Shown here piece by piece: positions 25,612-40,214 of a stretch of DNA of 64,000 bases. Below the pieces are notes generated by a model, which saw only the letters and a program-made list of their open reading frames with translations, was not told the DNA's origin and did not search any database. Numbering within the stretch: position 1 is the first letter of the stretch; each line of letters opens with the position of its first letter. Source of the DNA: Botryllus schlosseri (taxonomy: Eukaryota); contig CM119378.1 of assembly GCA_051294905.1 (NCBI GenBank), forward strand, positions 20,212,001-20,276,000, read 5' to 3'. The translations under genes and the position numbers were made by a program.

Positions 25612-28088
25612 GCGTAGTGGTATAATCCACAGCTGCAACATCAATGGATTGCAGGTTCGGGTCCGACCGAGTCCCACTCTAGAAATCCCATATAATTGTT
25701 TATCTGAGCTCCTCCTTGCCATATCATCCATATATGCCGTGTTTTATGAAAAACCTAGAAGTGGGCCTGCTATGGAATAAAAAATGAAGCAAATTGACTT
25801 GGTGTAAATAACCATAACAGTCGACTGGACTGGACTCGAGTCAAAGTTAAGACCCACTGATTTAAAGAGTCTAGTTGATCAGTTATGCCGGCCATGTAAG
25901 TCACATTTGCAGTTGACATTTCTGACCAAACCCTCTATTTTTAGGAAATTAACATTTTCTTTTCACAATGCATAGACCCGCTTTCTGGATACTCGATCAC
26001 GTGACTACCAACACACCTCTGTGTGGTCAGGACCCATCATTTCCCCAAACCAGAAAACAAGCTCTGGTTGATTGCCCTCGCGTTGATATACTTTACACTC
26101 CAGTCACAGAATTCAAAGTATCGTAGCAGCTATATTCGGTTTTCGACCACAATGACATGATGTAGCAGGCTGTACTCACAAACAAATACCACGGTTGCGA
26201 ACGATAACAAACAAGTAACGGTCTTTTTTCCATGATAAATTGAAATGAGACTTGATTATGGCGACCACAGAATTTCACCAAGTTTAGGTTCACCCTGATA
26301 AAAATAACTGCTCTACTTCGACAGTATCTTATACAGACAGGGACGGAGATAGGACGATGAAAAACGCTCTTCCTTAACGCTCCTACAGAACAAGACATTT
26401 CATTCTACAATATTTCATTCTGGATTCTTGTTTATCTTTACAATCGAGGCTGAAAATGCAATATGTATTAATCTAAATCTGTGGTTCTTAACCTTCACTA
26501 ACCCCCCGCGGAACACTTACGATAATATACAAGCCATCGCGGAGCACCAAATTTTTGCCAATAAGTCGCATAAATAAAAATCTGTCATATTACACATCTC
26601 AAATACATTCCGAAAGAATACTCATGCACTAATGAAACTGTGCATCAGCAACATGATTGCCACAGGAAATGACTTTAGCGATTAAATAATGGAGATGCTG
26701 GAATCGACATTGGAAATGGACGCACTGGCACTGCAGACGATGTGCCACCACGGCATTCAAAATTCGACTAGCCTACCCATCGCGTCTAATTAACTGTAAC
26801 CAATGATGACGTGCAATTATAAATTATATGTATGCGTTGCTGCTGTTGTTGGCCTTCATGGAAACCCTGAAACTGGCTTGTGGATCTCCTGGTGTTCTAT
26901 GAAACACCGGCTAAAATCACTATCCTAACTCAACGTAGATTTATGAGCGTAAAATGCGGCGTTATACGCGCGGATGAAGGCACGCGGGGTTCACTAAGTA
27001 CCTCTGTCTACATTTTGGACTATGTCGTTGTGACCATTAGTCATCTCTTGACTTGATGTGACAGTTGCACTTAATTTTAACAAAAGTTGCAGTAAAAATT
27101 TGCACTTATATATTTTTAGAATTATTAGGATATGAGACACTTGGAAGGCTTCGTTGTACAACCTAGCATTCTAAAATTTACAGGATATCTGCTTTTTTCA
27201 TTTCTTTCTTCGCTATTCAATGGACCATGCACACATTTTCATGTTCTTTAGGTTTAAAACCTCCATGACAGCATTTCGTTGTCAGCGCCTACAGAACCAT
27301 GAAATTAGGTACTTCCCTATTTCATGGACGGCCTGGCCAGACCGTCAAAATTACATACACCGCATATACGATACGCAGCATGAAATAACGTAAAACATAT
27401 CCGCAAAGAGCCAAGAATAAAAGAATGGTCCATAAAACAAATCAAATACCATACCCCAAACCCTCCAGGTCTGCAAACTTGGTCCAAGGCAATGCATTAA
27501 AATTCAGTGTTGGCGACCTCACCCAAATCAATAGCCTCAAAAATGTGACCCAGTAAAAATGAATTTCTCGGTGGTCTGGCCTGGGCGTCCGTCAAATGGG
27601 AAAAGACCTCAAATTTTACCGCCTGTGAATCAATCAAGCGACCTATTTACATATAGTCCGGCGTGCTTGTCTGGGGTTGTTGAACTCCTAGCTTGCACGC
27701 CATTGCGTCATAGATAATATTGAGATGCAGCTAATCTACCACATAGCTCATTGTTAAGCAAATCAAAGAGAAAACGATACCAGACATAGTTTTAAAACAT
27801 TTCTATCACTACATTACTACATACATTCCGAGTATTTAAGAAGCTCCCGGCTGCTGTAGAAAAAGTTGCAAAAGTTGCAAAAACGTGCCCTGGTCATCTC
27901 CCATTAAACGCTATACTCTATCCCTCGATGCATTTCTACCTGGAGGAAATGAAAGGTTCGCAATAAACTGTATGACGCCATAAGCAGCCTATGAGTCCAG
28001 GTTCGTCTTCACGCGATCTAGATTAGAACCTTTCACGGGTTCTCATCATCCCTACTAAATTCATCTTCTAATATTGATTTACTGACAG

Positions 28089-28244
28089 GTGAAGGTGAAA
28101 CGAATTCGCATTGAAGAGGATTGGCACCGATCCCGATGTTTCAAGTCATCCTCTTTTACGGATTTCCTCGAAAATATAGAATCTGATGTAGTTGAAATAA
28201 ACAACAAGCAGTTGGCGATAGGATCGGAAGGATTTAGTTGGGAA
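28089..28244 (+). CDS. Candidate NLR distal exon (VKVKRIRIEEDW...GFSWE), degenerate LRR-like
   Basis: Acceptor TTTACTGACAG|, donor GAA|GTGAGA, 156 nt, phase 0-0, open frame. Confidence 0.55.
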
Positions 28245-28565
28245 GTGAGAAGCCGTAATATAAATATTTCCCGGTAGAGGCTCGTCACAGTATCTGGTAT
28301 ATAGTGCGGCGAGGGTGATAAAACTCTGCGAATTATTTTTGATCAAAATGACTTATTCTTACGCGAAGATGTGACTTCATTGCAGTCACGCGAGTTTTGT
28401 ACACCAGCCCAGCACTACTCAATTGGCGCGAAGTTGCACCAAAATATGCGTGCCGTGCACCAGTGCGAAAGGTTACTCAGGGCACTATGAAGCAATGTTT
28501 GATATCCTTTAACTGACGCTGGCGGTGCTGACCTTAACTTTCATTATTCGTGTTTCAGAATAGGC

Positions 28566-29234
28566 CAGTGGTTCCCAACCGGGGAGGAATTCCCCCCTTG
28601 GGGAAAATTTGAAATTTTTAGGGGGGAATCTGGCTTTAATTTTTTTAGGAGAAATCTGGCTTTGTCATAGTATCGGAAGATACACTGGGTTCACAAGGTT
28701 TTTAGATTTTTATGGTATAGAACTGTTCTTTACAATTGTATATTTGTTTGGCGGATTTCAAGCTAGGTGTATGTTTTAATGCCTTCCGTATATATTACAC
28801 CCCTTGATAAAGTGAGGCTCACGAGACGATTTCGTTGGGTCCGCGACAGCCTCTCGACCAAATTGCTACTAAGCAGGAAAACGTCAAGCCGAATTCAGCA
28901 GAAGGCTAACGTGAAAAACATACCGTACGAAATTGATAGATTCAACTCAAGTCCATAGCAAGCGGACTTGGTGACTTATTTTTTGTCAGCAGCTACTCGA
29001 CCGGTCCAAAACAGTTCAAATTTGACTGTACTTTGCCAAAGTTTAGTGCGGTCCGCATTCGCCATAGTTCGGACATATCTGAATATGTTTGGCCATTATT
29101 TGCTCAGTCAACAAATGGTTGCACGTTAAAAAGCACATTTTTAGTCACAGGCAACTTTTTCATAAGGGGGGGGGGGATTTTAGCTCAAATATCGGCCAAG
29201 GGGGGCACGAGACGAAAAAGGTTGGGAACCACTG
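28566..29234. mobile_element. Non-autonomous hAT, 669 bp
   Basis: Perfect TIR CAGTGGTTCCCAAC; TSD GAATAGGC at 28558-28565 and 29235-29242. Confidence 0.93.
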
Positions 29235-31760
29235 GAATAGGCCGTAATCATGCGCGTGCTGACCTGCTTGACCAATCAGGCGGGCTTGGCAGGTAGGCTA
29301 CAGGGAGGACTTTTTGTGAGTCATCAGCGTACGTCGGCGTCGCCTGGGGTGGGAAAACATTTTAGCTTGCGGGCCGAATTCAACCTCTGAATCTATTCGC
29401 GGTCCGCACTTTATAAAATTGGGATTATAAACCAAAACGGAATATTTGTATTTGATTATATAATGAGGACATGATGATATTAAATCTGTATATATTTAAA
29501 ACACACCAAAGTTTGATATGGTGATAATGTTCACGCGTCAGACACATTGCCGAGATTTTATAAGCTGGTCGACCTCAACTCAATATCCAATTTGTCAAAA
29601 ATAATGATTAAAGTCGGTTTTCCCGATTCTAAGAACAGGGTCGAAATTTGAATCTGTGAACAGCTATATGTTCATAGATTTGCTGATTCTACTTTTTGTT
29701 CAAGTCCAGGACACACAAAGCTGACAGCATCATAGCCATGTTAACTTCAAACACGCTTGTAAAATATATACACAATATAAATATAAATAGAGGTGGTCAG
29801 TAACGTAGTACTGCTACTTTTTCGAATACTCAAGTAGTTTTCCGCTTCTTGCAGTACTTAGTCAAATAAATTTAAATTTCCGCTACTTCTACTTCTAGTT
29901 CCTAATATTTTGTGATATACTTACTTATTTTTCGGTATTTTGACATTGTCAAGTAGAGGTAGTTTAAATCTCTAATCAGAAAGACAGACTGAGAACTTTC
30001 GGGGGAATACCAACATTTAATTTCCATAAAAGATAAGTAAATCCAAGAATTTTCGTCGCGCTTCGCGCACAGTAGATACGGAGTGTCAAATATGCTTTCA
30101 CGAAAGTATCGGCGAATATAATTTAGGTAGCGGGTTGTGTGGTTCCGTTCGCACCGCATTGTCGTCCATATGAAATATTTCGTCACAGTAAACATGGCCT
30201 ATACCACAACGCTTGAAGCTACCGTTTCGCAATCTAGCAATTGACTATCATATCGGAATCTAGCAGAACATGGCATGTCCTAATCTGGAGAAGTGACTTT
30301 TTTAGCATTAGACCTGTTTAGGCATACCCCCGTTGAAACTTTCTGGATAGAAGACACGAAATAGAAATAGAAATACTATTTCTAGAAAGTAGAAAATAAA
30401 TTTCATTCCCAGCATCATGCTTTGAGCTCCAATTAGTTTCAGTTCTGTTGTCTGGAAAATATACGGGCTTAAGTGTGGAAGCAAGTGTAGTAATTACTCT
30501 ATTTTCCGAAAATAAAGTTTCGCTATGTGACATTTTTACGATTCACCATATTTTTTATTAATGTATACTAATCGCACAAAGTGTTATAACTTCACCGCAT
30601 TGGTCTTCGACGAAACTACGGGCCTTATAATATGGGGGGCGGCGCCATGCCATGATATTTTTTAAAACGGGGTGTTCGAGTAAACAAAGGATTATTATCG
30701 CTTTTCCATATCAATACTATCATTTACATCCCATTAAGCAGACGCCAGAAAACAGCAAAGCGCTGCTTTTCAACTTTGTGCCGGGAGATTCACTTTCGCA
30801 GGCGTGACGTGACGGACGTTAAATTACCTAAGAGCTATGATCCATTTAGATCGCTGGTTCTCAGCGTGGCCGATATCGCCATCTGTTAGACTATTCCGAG
30901 AAACAAGGGTACGGAAATACCAAAGAGGGCGATTGGGGGTGATAGGGGTGAAAATGTTAGAACGACCAGTGAGATATATTTAATTAACACGGCCGAAAAT
31001 GCACGTGATGGTGGCGAATTCTGCATATGACGCGAAAGCTGACTACAGAAAAGGTCAACTCAACGGAAAGATATTTTTACACAATTGAGTGCTATAATGC
31101 GGCATGAATATGCATGTCCAGTCCAGCCAGTTACAAACAAAAACACATCAAATATCGCTATTTCAATCGTAATTTCTTCACTATTTCATTAGTCTATTCC
31201 TACAAATAATAATTTGCTTCTCGTTTTTTTAGCATAAAAATATAGAAGGCGGCGCAATACCACAGTTGCCCTATGGGACGCGCCGCCACTCATACTTTGC
31301 AAATATGCATCTATTGATCGAGTTTCTACATTACGTAGACCGCGATGAAGTACGCATTAATGCTGCATCAATATGTATTACGGGGTAGAAAAGCGCAGAT
31401 ATACAACGTCCCAGTTACATGACCACCTAAGAATTATATATTGAGAGAGTCGCCATAAATCAGTCAACATATCGCGATAACCATATAGTGCTGCAACATA
31501 ACGCAACGGAAACGGTCACTTCGTATCACAATTGCTAAAAGAAATCGTTAACACTGATTGGCGTCTGAAGTTGAAATAAAATCGTTAAATAATTTGGGAT
31601 CCAATTCTTTAATTCAAATTTCATCTTGACGGCCGCCAACACGCGTCAAGTTAATAGTCGGCCGCAGGCTGCATGGCGTCTCTTGGTGTAGGCCTACACT
31701 GATGTACAGACACGCGTTCAGAACTTAACGATATGCATTTTATAGCCAAAGCCTTTTCAG

Positions 31761-31925
31761 AATATTCGTCATCTTGAGTTACTGTTCTATACTCATCCGG
31801 CTCGATTCCAGCATTCCTCCGTCCTGATTGCCGAAATATTCATGAAGAACGAAGAAGATGTCATAGATTGGAAGATTGTTCCCTGGGAACCATTTGGGAT
31901 AATCGTGGGCAAATTGCTCAAAGAA
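31761..31925 (+). CDS. Candidate NLR distal exon (NIRHLELLFY...GKLLKE)
   Basis: Acceptor GCCTTTTCAG|, donor GAA|GTATGT, 165 nt, phase 0-0, open frame. Confidence 0.6.
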
Positions 31926-32239
31926 GTATGTATATTGTACAATTTCATCGCATGTAAAATACATAAATATACACAGATATTAAATCGTCATATTAATACT
32001 CAAATCACAACATTTGAAGCTGCTTCACATTGCTGGTAACAAGAAATCTAGAAACACATATCTTTTCTGATGGTAGTACCTTTATTTCCCCATGTACCCA
32101 TCGATATTTAAATGGGGTAAATCTGGCTTATACTTAGTAAGCCGATCATTTATGTGGGAAGAAGTGATCAGAAACGAAATACTTTTACTTTTCCTTCTCA
32201 AATAAATTTTGCCTATACTTGCACTACTTACCGAAGTGG

Positions 32240-32640
32240 TTAAGTCTTAGACTACACTTAGACTACACTACACCAATAGCAACCTAACTAAGAGATCTAT
32301 CGACTACTCGGGACCTATCATCTGGAATGCATTACCATCACATATCCGTGAATTGCCTTATAATAGATTCAAAAAAGCCCTACTTGATCACCTCTTGTCG
32401 TTACACTAACACTGTTGCCCTACCTCGCCCAGACATTGCTTCATTGATCATTTGCTACCATTGTTTAATTTTTTTTCTATTTTCCTTTTCTAACTAAACA
32501 TTTTTAACAGCCAGACTGTTCTGAGTCAAGTGTACCTGTTTGATGCTGGTGTGATCAGACTAGATGACCTTCATGGTCTTATTTTGACCAAAGTACACAG
32601 GGCGTTACTCCTACATAATTGAGTATAAACGCCAACTTCT
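32240..32640 (+). mobile_element. CR1/L2-type LINE 3' end
   Basis: 32290-32409 encodes KRSIDYSGPIIWNALPSHIRELPYNRFKKALLDHLLSLH*, a typical CR1/L2 ORF2 C-terminus; a more decayed homologue lies at about 56860-56965. Confidence 0.8.
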
Positions 32641-32882
32641 TTGATCACCGCTGGTTCGTGGGGGCTAGTGATAGTCCACCATTGATTGCAGATATTGGTG
32701 AACCGTCGAAGCCATTGCTGGGTAAACACATTATCATCTAAGCACACAGACTAATCTTCATTCACGAAGTCTCTTACGAAATAGAGGCACTTATGGGGAG
32801 CTTTAATCAATTACGACAATTGAAAACCGAGTTATTAGCAGTCTGGTATACATAATTTAGTGTCATTAAATTACTTTTTCAG

Positions 32883-33080
32883 ACACGAGAATTGCATGCT
32901 CATTTTCGAGTAGGGGTGGAGCGGTGTGACAGCATTCACACTACCATACATGTTCTCCGTCGACTGTCGGATTTTGGCAATACTGATTCCATCAATTGGC
33001 GGGTAGAAGGCATAATTACTCAGCAATATATTTCCCACGAAAATGTTGATGCTATAGGAGGATGGACATGCTGCGGAAAG
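32883..33080 (+). CDS. Candidate NLR distal exon (TRELHAHFRV...WTCCGK)
   Basis: Acceptor TTACTTTTTCAG|, donor AAG|GTGATT, 198 nt; only phase 0 is open. Confidence 0.6.
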
Positions 33081-36000
33081 GTGATTTAAAAACGAATTTC
33101 TACAGACTATATCAGTCACATCTAGTTTCAGGGCTAACTGGGATAAGTCAACCGGAAATGTCTAATATTCAACTTTGTCCCAAAGCTAAAATAAATGACG
33201 GCGAATTTTCGAAAAAATTGAATAAAACTTGTGATGGGGCTAAAACAGCAATGATCCGTACCATTCATGGAATTTCCTTAAAGACATCTACAACACTAAA
33301 CATTAATTTCTCATTAATTTCCAGAAGTGCTTATTTCCGGCGATATCAGTCGGAAAAATGATTTGCCTGATCCATTGGAGCAAGCTTTTCTTGATAAGAA
33401 GGAGAGATATGCTTCCTGAGGCCAAATTGTCATATCGTCACCCCCTGGTTTGACCATTAAGCATTAATGGCAGTGCGGATGAAAATCGTAAATAATTGCT
33501 ACTTTTTTTACATGGAAAAATTTTAATAAACCGAGTAGGAAATTCAAGTGCATTGGCTGCCCAACTTTTACCGTTGCGATCCAAATGTAAAGACTTGTTT
33601 GACTTACGCCGCACCACTAATTGTAGCTTTTACAACAACTTTATGTCACACCACCCGCAGTGAATTAATATTTGCGCACTCTATTTATTACGCAATTAAA
33701 AGTCTTCTTCGAAAGCGGGTGTAGTGGCAGGCATACAGTTCATCAGCACGTCTGTGCCTGCGTCAGGCGGGGAAAATGACGTCAATTTGACTTTCTGCTT
33801 TCTGTATCTAAACAATCATCACATTTTCGTTATAACGGTTCGATTATCACGAGGCACGAAGATAATAGGAAATACCATCAATACAAACTCACACTTGCAA
33901 GGTAGGCCTACTGTAACGCAAATTAAGTATTGGTCGCAAAGGTTATCATTTTGGGTCGCCACGGCACCATAGCGATGTGTTAATGTGTATGTAATATTTA
34001 TTGAGTTTCTTGTAAAATAATTTCTTCACGTTTCGCAGGATTGACTGTGAATTGGTTTTACATATCCAAGGCCACTGTTATGGGTACTACAGCTAATAAG
34101 CGAAACTCAGAAAATATGGTTGATCATGAAAATGGGCCGACCTTTGTAATAAACAAATAGGTTTGAATTTATGATAAGATTTGTCCGACTGGTTTCTCTG
34201 GAGAACACTGTCGATGATCGTTGGGATGCGTTATGGCAGGGCTCACCAACTCAAAACGGGTCGCGGGCCACTTTTCAAATTTTCTAGACGTCGCGCAGGA
34301 ATTCAAAAATATGCCGCACAGTTTAGCAACCACGATTTTAAAACAGTAGGTCAGCACAACGATGTGCTCTGTAAAGTGGGCAACGAGCAATCGGGCATAG
34401 TTACCACAAAAGAAATAATATTTTAATAAAGAAATACAAATGCAACAAAAATATCATGACCATCACTTCCATTCGATTTTGAACTACGAGCTGCGTTCGA
34501 TACCTTGACAAGACATTCTTGCTGGAAAACTATCTTCGCGAAAGGTTTGAGCTTGTGGTGATCCCCAGGTCGTTTTCTAAGCGTCTCGGTCACGCTAGTA
34601 TGGGCATTGGGCAATTGCACGTCGAGGTAAAATGCCCATTCATGTCAGCTACTTCTTCTTCGGTGGAATGCTATCACCATCGCAGAGGCCGCATCAGCTA
34701 ATGAGGAATAGTGATGTTTGGCACAGAAGAATAGCTTGTTTTAAACAATAACAACAATATTTTTCAAGTGAAATCAATTTCAGCATTTCAAAAGATTTAA
34801 GCTGTCTTGCGAAATCGCAAATCAGTTCGAGGGCCGCGGGCCGCGTGCTGCTTACCCCCGCTTTAGGGTATGGGTGTGAAACGGGCGGGTGCGGGCGTAT
34901 GAGACACATTCATTTCGAGGTCAACCCCTTGTGCGTCGGAACACATGACGACGTGAAGTTTAGGAAAAGTACAGGGCCAAAAAGATCATCGGCGCCCAAA
35001 CCGTAATCCAAAATGACCATCGTTGGTTTGGCAAAGCGTTCGATATGGATGTGCTCCGTCGTTGAAATGGTCGGTAATCGGCACCGAATAGTTCCGTATT
35101 TGCAATCTGACTAGACAGTAGTACAAATCCGACGCGCAGAGGAAGCTCACGGAAATTTGAAATCACGTGCGTCAGGCATGGTTAGCAGAGCTGAGTTGCG
35201 TACAATTGTTGCGTTGCGTTGTATGCCATAAATGCCCGTAAAAGCGTAGCATACGAATTCATTTTTATGTGTGAGGCCTGGGCCGCGAAATTCCACTCAA
35301 ACTCAGATTTTTGTCGCAGTCTAAAACTGCTTACTAAACACTTCATTAAAGTTGTTGAACTGCTATGAACGTTCAAGTTAAATTGCGTTAAATAGGGAAA
35401 TTGAAACGAAATCAGACAACAAAAACTTATTTGGCCGAAATTGGTTTTAGTGGGCTATACTTGAAATCAAAACGTGTGAAAGTAGTTGTCTTTTAATGAG
35501 AACCTTGATGACCTAAACCAGTAGCTTACTTCTTGCACACCTGAATGAAATATTATTACGTATCTTCATTTTCTTTTTGTTTTTATCGGTTGGTTTGTGC
35601 GGATGAAATGTTTTATGCAAGTAAAGTGCTAAAAAAAGGTTGAAAAGTATTGGACTATTTCATATGATAGGCTAAACATCGACATTACCATGAGAATAAA
35701 TACCTAATTGAATTCCTGAGCCCCCAAGCAATATCTCACCGAACGAAACACGCTGTTTCATTACGCGATTTGGGGTCAAAGTTAAGATTTCAATGACAAC
35801 GTTTGAATGAAATTAAAACTTTGAGGTTTTGAGGACATAACAAGAGCTTAATTGTAATCAAATTTCATCCCAGTATGCGTATTAGAAGATAACTATTCTT
35901 TAATATTTCGGGAAATACACAATGACGGTAGGACATTTACTTGGTTCCCTACTGCGGTCACGATCAAAACACCGATTTAGCGAAGTTGCCATAAGCGGGA

Positions 36001-36590
36001 TAAGGGAGTGAAAAATGCTATGACCCTAAAAATGATTATGTGTATATCAGGATGGATTCATCAAACCTTTATTTTAGTTTCCGCTTCGTGCGATTTAGTA
36101 TCGTAAGATTTTTGGAACTTTAATGTGGGTACCCATTAACCCGAAGGCGAATACACGTAGCCTATACCTACATAATTGAGTCTAACTGCATTCTCAATTA
36201 TGAGAGAACAAAATACTCAATTGGATCGGTTGAGGTCGCTGGGATGCTTTAGTCTAGAGCAGTGGTTCTTGATCCATACCATCCTGCGTTACCGGTACAC
36301 TAATCTCCAAGCTTCTGCGAAGCCAAAAATTTCGCTTAGCACCAAAAACTGATAAATGAACAGAAGAACGAAACCATTGAAAAATTATTTTCATACAAAT
36401 CGAAAAAAGTATCAAACTCCTGTTTTTTCAAGATACCAGTTCAGAATGCGAGGCATCATCTGGTATAAAACCATAGTATTTGATTTGAGATTTCGGAAGA
36501 AAGCTATAAGAAAACATTTTGAAATGCTGAAATTGACGTTCAATGGCCGAAATACTGCCAAGACCGAGACGCTTAGAAAACGGCTTAGGG

Positions 36591-36910
36591 CAGTGATTCT
36601 GAAACTGGGGGGTGCGTTCCCTTGTAGGGGCGTGAAACCATCTGAAGGGGGCGTGGAGCTGCGCTCAACTGAAAATTTTTCGCGCTCTGCGCGATTTACC
36701 TCGAATTTCTAGTTATAGTTATTGCTCTTTGTATAGTCCAGAATTAATTTTATATAATTCTCTCATCAACACTCATAACCATCCGTGGCATTAAACTATC
36801 CGTTGGGATTGCTAGCTTTATGGATGCATTTTGTAATGTGACGATAAGAGGGGACGAGAATTTTCAGTATCATAAAGGGGGACATGTCTAAGAAGGTTTG
36901 AGAACCGATG
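36591..36910. mobile_element. Decayed hAT MITE, 320 bp
   Basis: Degenerate TIR CAGTGATTCTGAAAC / GTTTGAGAACCGATG; TSD GCTTAGGG versus GCTTAAGG (one mismatch). Confidence 0.6.
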
Positions 36911-38168
36911 GCTTAAGGGCTTCCTCACAAGATCAATGCTTACGTGGAGATAGTCTTTCAGCTAGTTACGTATCTCGCTAGCACCAAAAAGCGTTTCCAG
37001 GTATCTTGCAGACCTCAGAGTTCAAAGAAAAATGAAATTGATGACAGTGATCTTCTGTTGCATTTTTATTGCTCTAATAAAATATTAGTTTTTGTGAGAT
37101 CACTATGCCCATCGCCTATACGTTAGGTAGCACAGCGTTGTATTGACGTAGAGTTTTAAAACGTGGTTGCCTACTTTATATCGATATTGAACTCATGCGG
37201 CCGGCGGCCGCTACGAAATTTGAAAAGTGGCCCGCGACCCGTTTTGAGTTAGCAACCCCTGTTCTATAGACTGCTCACCTCATTCAACCTTCTTGTATGA
37301 AATAATTTGTGATTATATTTCTCGTCAATAATTGCAGCAGGTTATTGTATCTCGTGGATGTGTAGGATATCGCATCGTATCAATTTGTTTCGTATTATAT
37401 CCTAAAGTTTGACTGAGGTGTTGCCGAGCAGTTCTACGTATACGTGATAATACAACGCATTCTAGCATATTTAACTCTATATTCGTCCGTTGATTTAGAA
37501 TGAGTGTCGAATCAATATGAGTTTCAAACATCTAGCAACATGCATTGACTTTGAATCATGCCTCGTGCTAAAACTTTTCGACTTGACTGGAATTTAAATT
37601 TGCGTCGTGATTTGACTTGACTTGATTTTAGTCAAAATGTTCAGTATAATTCGACATTCGATTTTATGCTAGAATATAACCCATATGGTCCGTAATATAT
37701 ATACCATATACATACCATTGTGTTTATATGCTCGATAATAAACTATTTAATTGAAAAACGAGGACATGGATTTTGTGGTAACCTTTCGAAATCATTTGAA
37801 TGGTCTGGCCCACGACCGATATGAATGTTTGAATCCGGCTCGCGACGCAAGTTGAGTGTGATATGCCTGCTTTTGTTTTAGCTATATATTAGTGTCAAAA
37901 TTTTTGGTACCTAATATTCTGCTGCACCCGGATGGCTAGAACTTTATGCAAAACGACATTATGTTACACGCTGTTGTAGTCATTATGGCCATGACTGACG
38001 CACAAATCGAGCACTTCCATAGAAATTCTACTGTGCAATCCTGACCTGACTCAGATCTAGATTCTAATTTTAGATCGGTGTTATCGTAGGCCTATCTATT
38101 TACACAATTCCCGCTCATCTTTCTAAGTATTGTATCAACACAATTTGCCTTATTTATTCATGATGCAG

Positions 38169-38249
38169 GCCAAGGACGTAGTATGCGCTTGTATGTTCGA
38201 TCTTCCTATTCGCGAACAAGCATTCTCGACGTTCGTCAAAGGTTTTGAG
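38169..38249 (+). CDS. Candidate NLR distal exon (AKDVVCACMFDLPIREQAFSTFVKGFE)
   Basis: Acceptor GATGCAG|, donor GAG|GTAAGA, 81 nt, phase 0-0, open frame. Confidence 0.5.
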
Positions 38250-39932
38250 GTAAGAATACTTTAGCGAGAGAGGTCTGCAGCACATGTAGCGGTACTATTG
38301 GGCATCGGGACTTCGTCAGCAGCTCTTTCGGCACCCGGAAACCGCAATTAATATTCATTTTCTGTCAATATGCGTCTCCTCAAAATCCGCTTCCAGAAGG
38401 ATTGACGAAGATAAATCCATGAACCAAAATGACCGAAGCATGTGAACCGAGACCTTTGATATTACTATTGCCACGCGAGGACACAAGGCCCCGAATAGTC
38501 CTGACCTTGCAATCTGACCCCACCCCCATGCGAATGCAATCCCATCATACAAATCTACTTATTAAAACACCTTATTTTAGATTTGAGCATGCGACACAAT
38601 GAAAAACAAAAGTTAATAATGCGACACTCAGGCTAAGTGGTGGGCAATTTTTTTCTCCGCGGGCCAAATGAGAAGCGGAAAATATGTTGGCGGGCCGAGT
38701 GAGATATTTCAGCTGCATTCTGCAGCGTATTGATTTTATTTCTAAATTGAAAGCAGTGAATTACACTAAATGGTGTTCAGTGGATGTGTTGATATTGGGG
38801 AATGAGAAAGTGACGGTAATTACAAGAAAATTATTTATTTGTCGTCATATTTTGAAGCAATGTTAAACATGATACATTTTAAACTCTCTTTACACCTCTA
38901 TCCGATTTTCTCAATTACTACATTAAAATGTACTTGGGATGGCCGATATGCCGCTTACTTGACCGCTCACCGTCTCTGTGCTACCACAAGACGAATGATT
39001 ATGGCCGCTACGAAAATATACGAAAGAGTTGCAGTAATATTGACAAATAGGATGCGAATAATATGCCAAATTATTAAATGTTTCGGTGAGTCATATCATA
39101 ACATCAAAAGAGACCTATGGCAATGTACAATATGACGTTTATAACATATAACATCAAATTTGGGATATCGCATTGAACAATATTTTGCTAGCTCCACGCG
39201 AGTATCGCAGTGTATTGGACTCACGAAGAAGAGGTACATCCATTGGCTGTGATCAAGGCGAATTAATAGTAAAATACATTTACAGTGACGACTATTGGAA
39301 TATTGTTACAACATCTTTTGACCGCGCCCTATAAGGCCCGACTATATCGTTTCAGTTGGAATCTTAGAAATATTTTCACTATCATCTTCACTTTGCGCCG
39401 TCGTAAGATCATAGATGGTGTCTCCTGAAAGATTTGCATTCGTTTTGTGTCGTTGACCACCATGGAATTGTAGGATGTATAAGGCTATGGTATATATAAC
39501 TATTATATAGCAATTTCTTCTAAATGAATACTAGCCAGCCTTCAGTATTACCGGACCACGACGTAACATCGACCTCGCCCTCCGCCACATGCCACCTCAT
39601 TTTGTCGCTTGCGTCTTATATTCTCTGCATTACTTTTCATTCAGTGTGCATGCCTCTTCTTTACTTCGCCTGTAAGGTGCGTCAAAGGGTAGGGAAATGT
39701 TCCCAACACAGGCAGCTACGGAGTAAATACAGAATATTGGCCTGGTGTAAATGACCACTGTCGTCGCAGAGCACCATAAATGCTACGAACAAACAAACAT
39801 TGTCATGATACACTTATGAAGGAAACTATAAAACAAGTAGCCTACGTCAAGTCTAGGTGCACAAGTAGTACATCACAGATACATTTCGTTGTATGGCATT
39901 GAATAGTAATGGTCATCTCATAATCGTCGTAG

Positions 39933-40130
39933 CTGAAGTTAATGTCTATTGAATTCGAACAGGTGGAAGTTTTTAATCTTGCGCTTCCTGTCAACGACAT
40001 TCATTGGATCAATCCTTCTTTCAAAAATGCTATTTCTCAGTATGACTGCAAACTCGTAATTAATGTGTGCGAGAGCGTCGGGAGCGATATACGGGAATTA
40101 CAGGAGCATCTTCTGCCACATTTGAATCAA
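39933..40130 (+). CDS. Candidate NLR distal exon (LKLMSIEFEQ...LLPHLNQ)
   Basis: Acceptor GTCGTAG|, donor CAA|GTGAAT, 198 nt, phase 0-0; followed by an 84-nt intron. Confidence 0.62.
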
Positions 40131-40214
40131 GTGAATATCTGCTTATATTTTACCAAAACAGCAGCATATATGTGTATACTATACATGAATCGGTAAAATG
40201 TAAATATTAACCAG

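Noticed and set aside
26093-26398. 101-aa minus-strand ORF with a GTGAGT donor-like site
   Set aside because: No recognisable motif and no compatible neighbouring exons.
33325-33420. Exon EVLISGDISRKNDLPDPLEQAFLDKKERYAS*
   Set aside because: Good acceptor, but this reading needs phase 1 whereas the preceding exon ends in phase 0; left out of the model, though it could be an alternative end.
34513-34626. Possible additional NLR exon (TFLLENYL...QLHVE)
   Set aside because: Weak acceptor and located among hAT MITE fragments; insufficient support.
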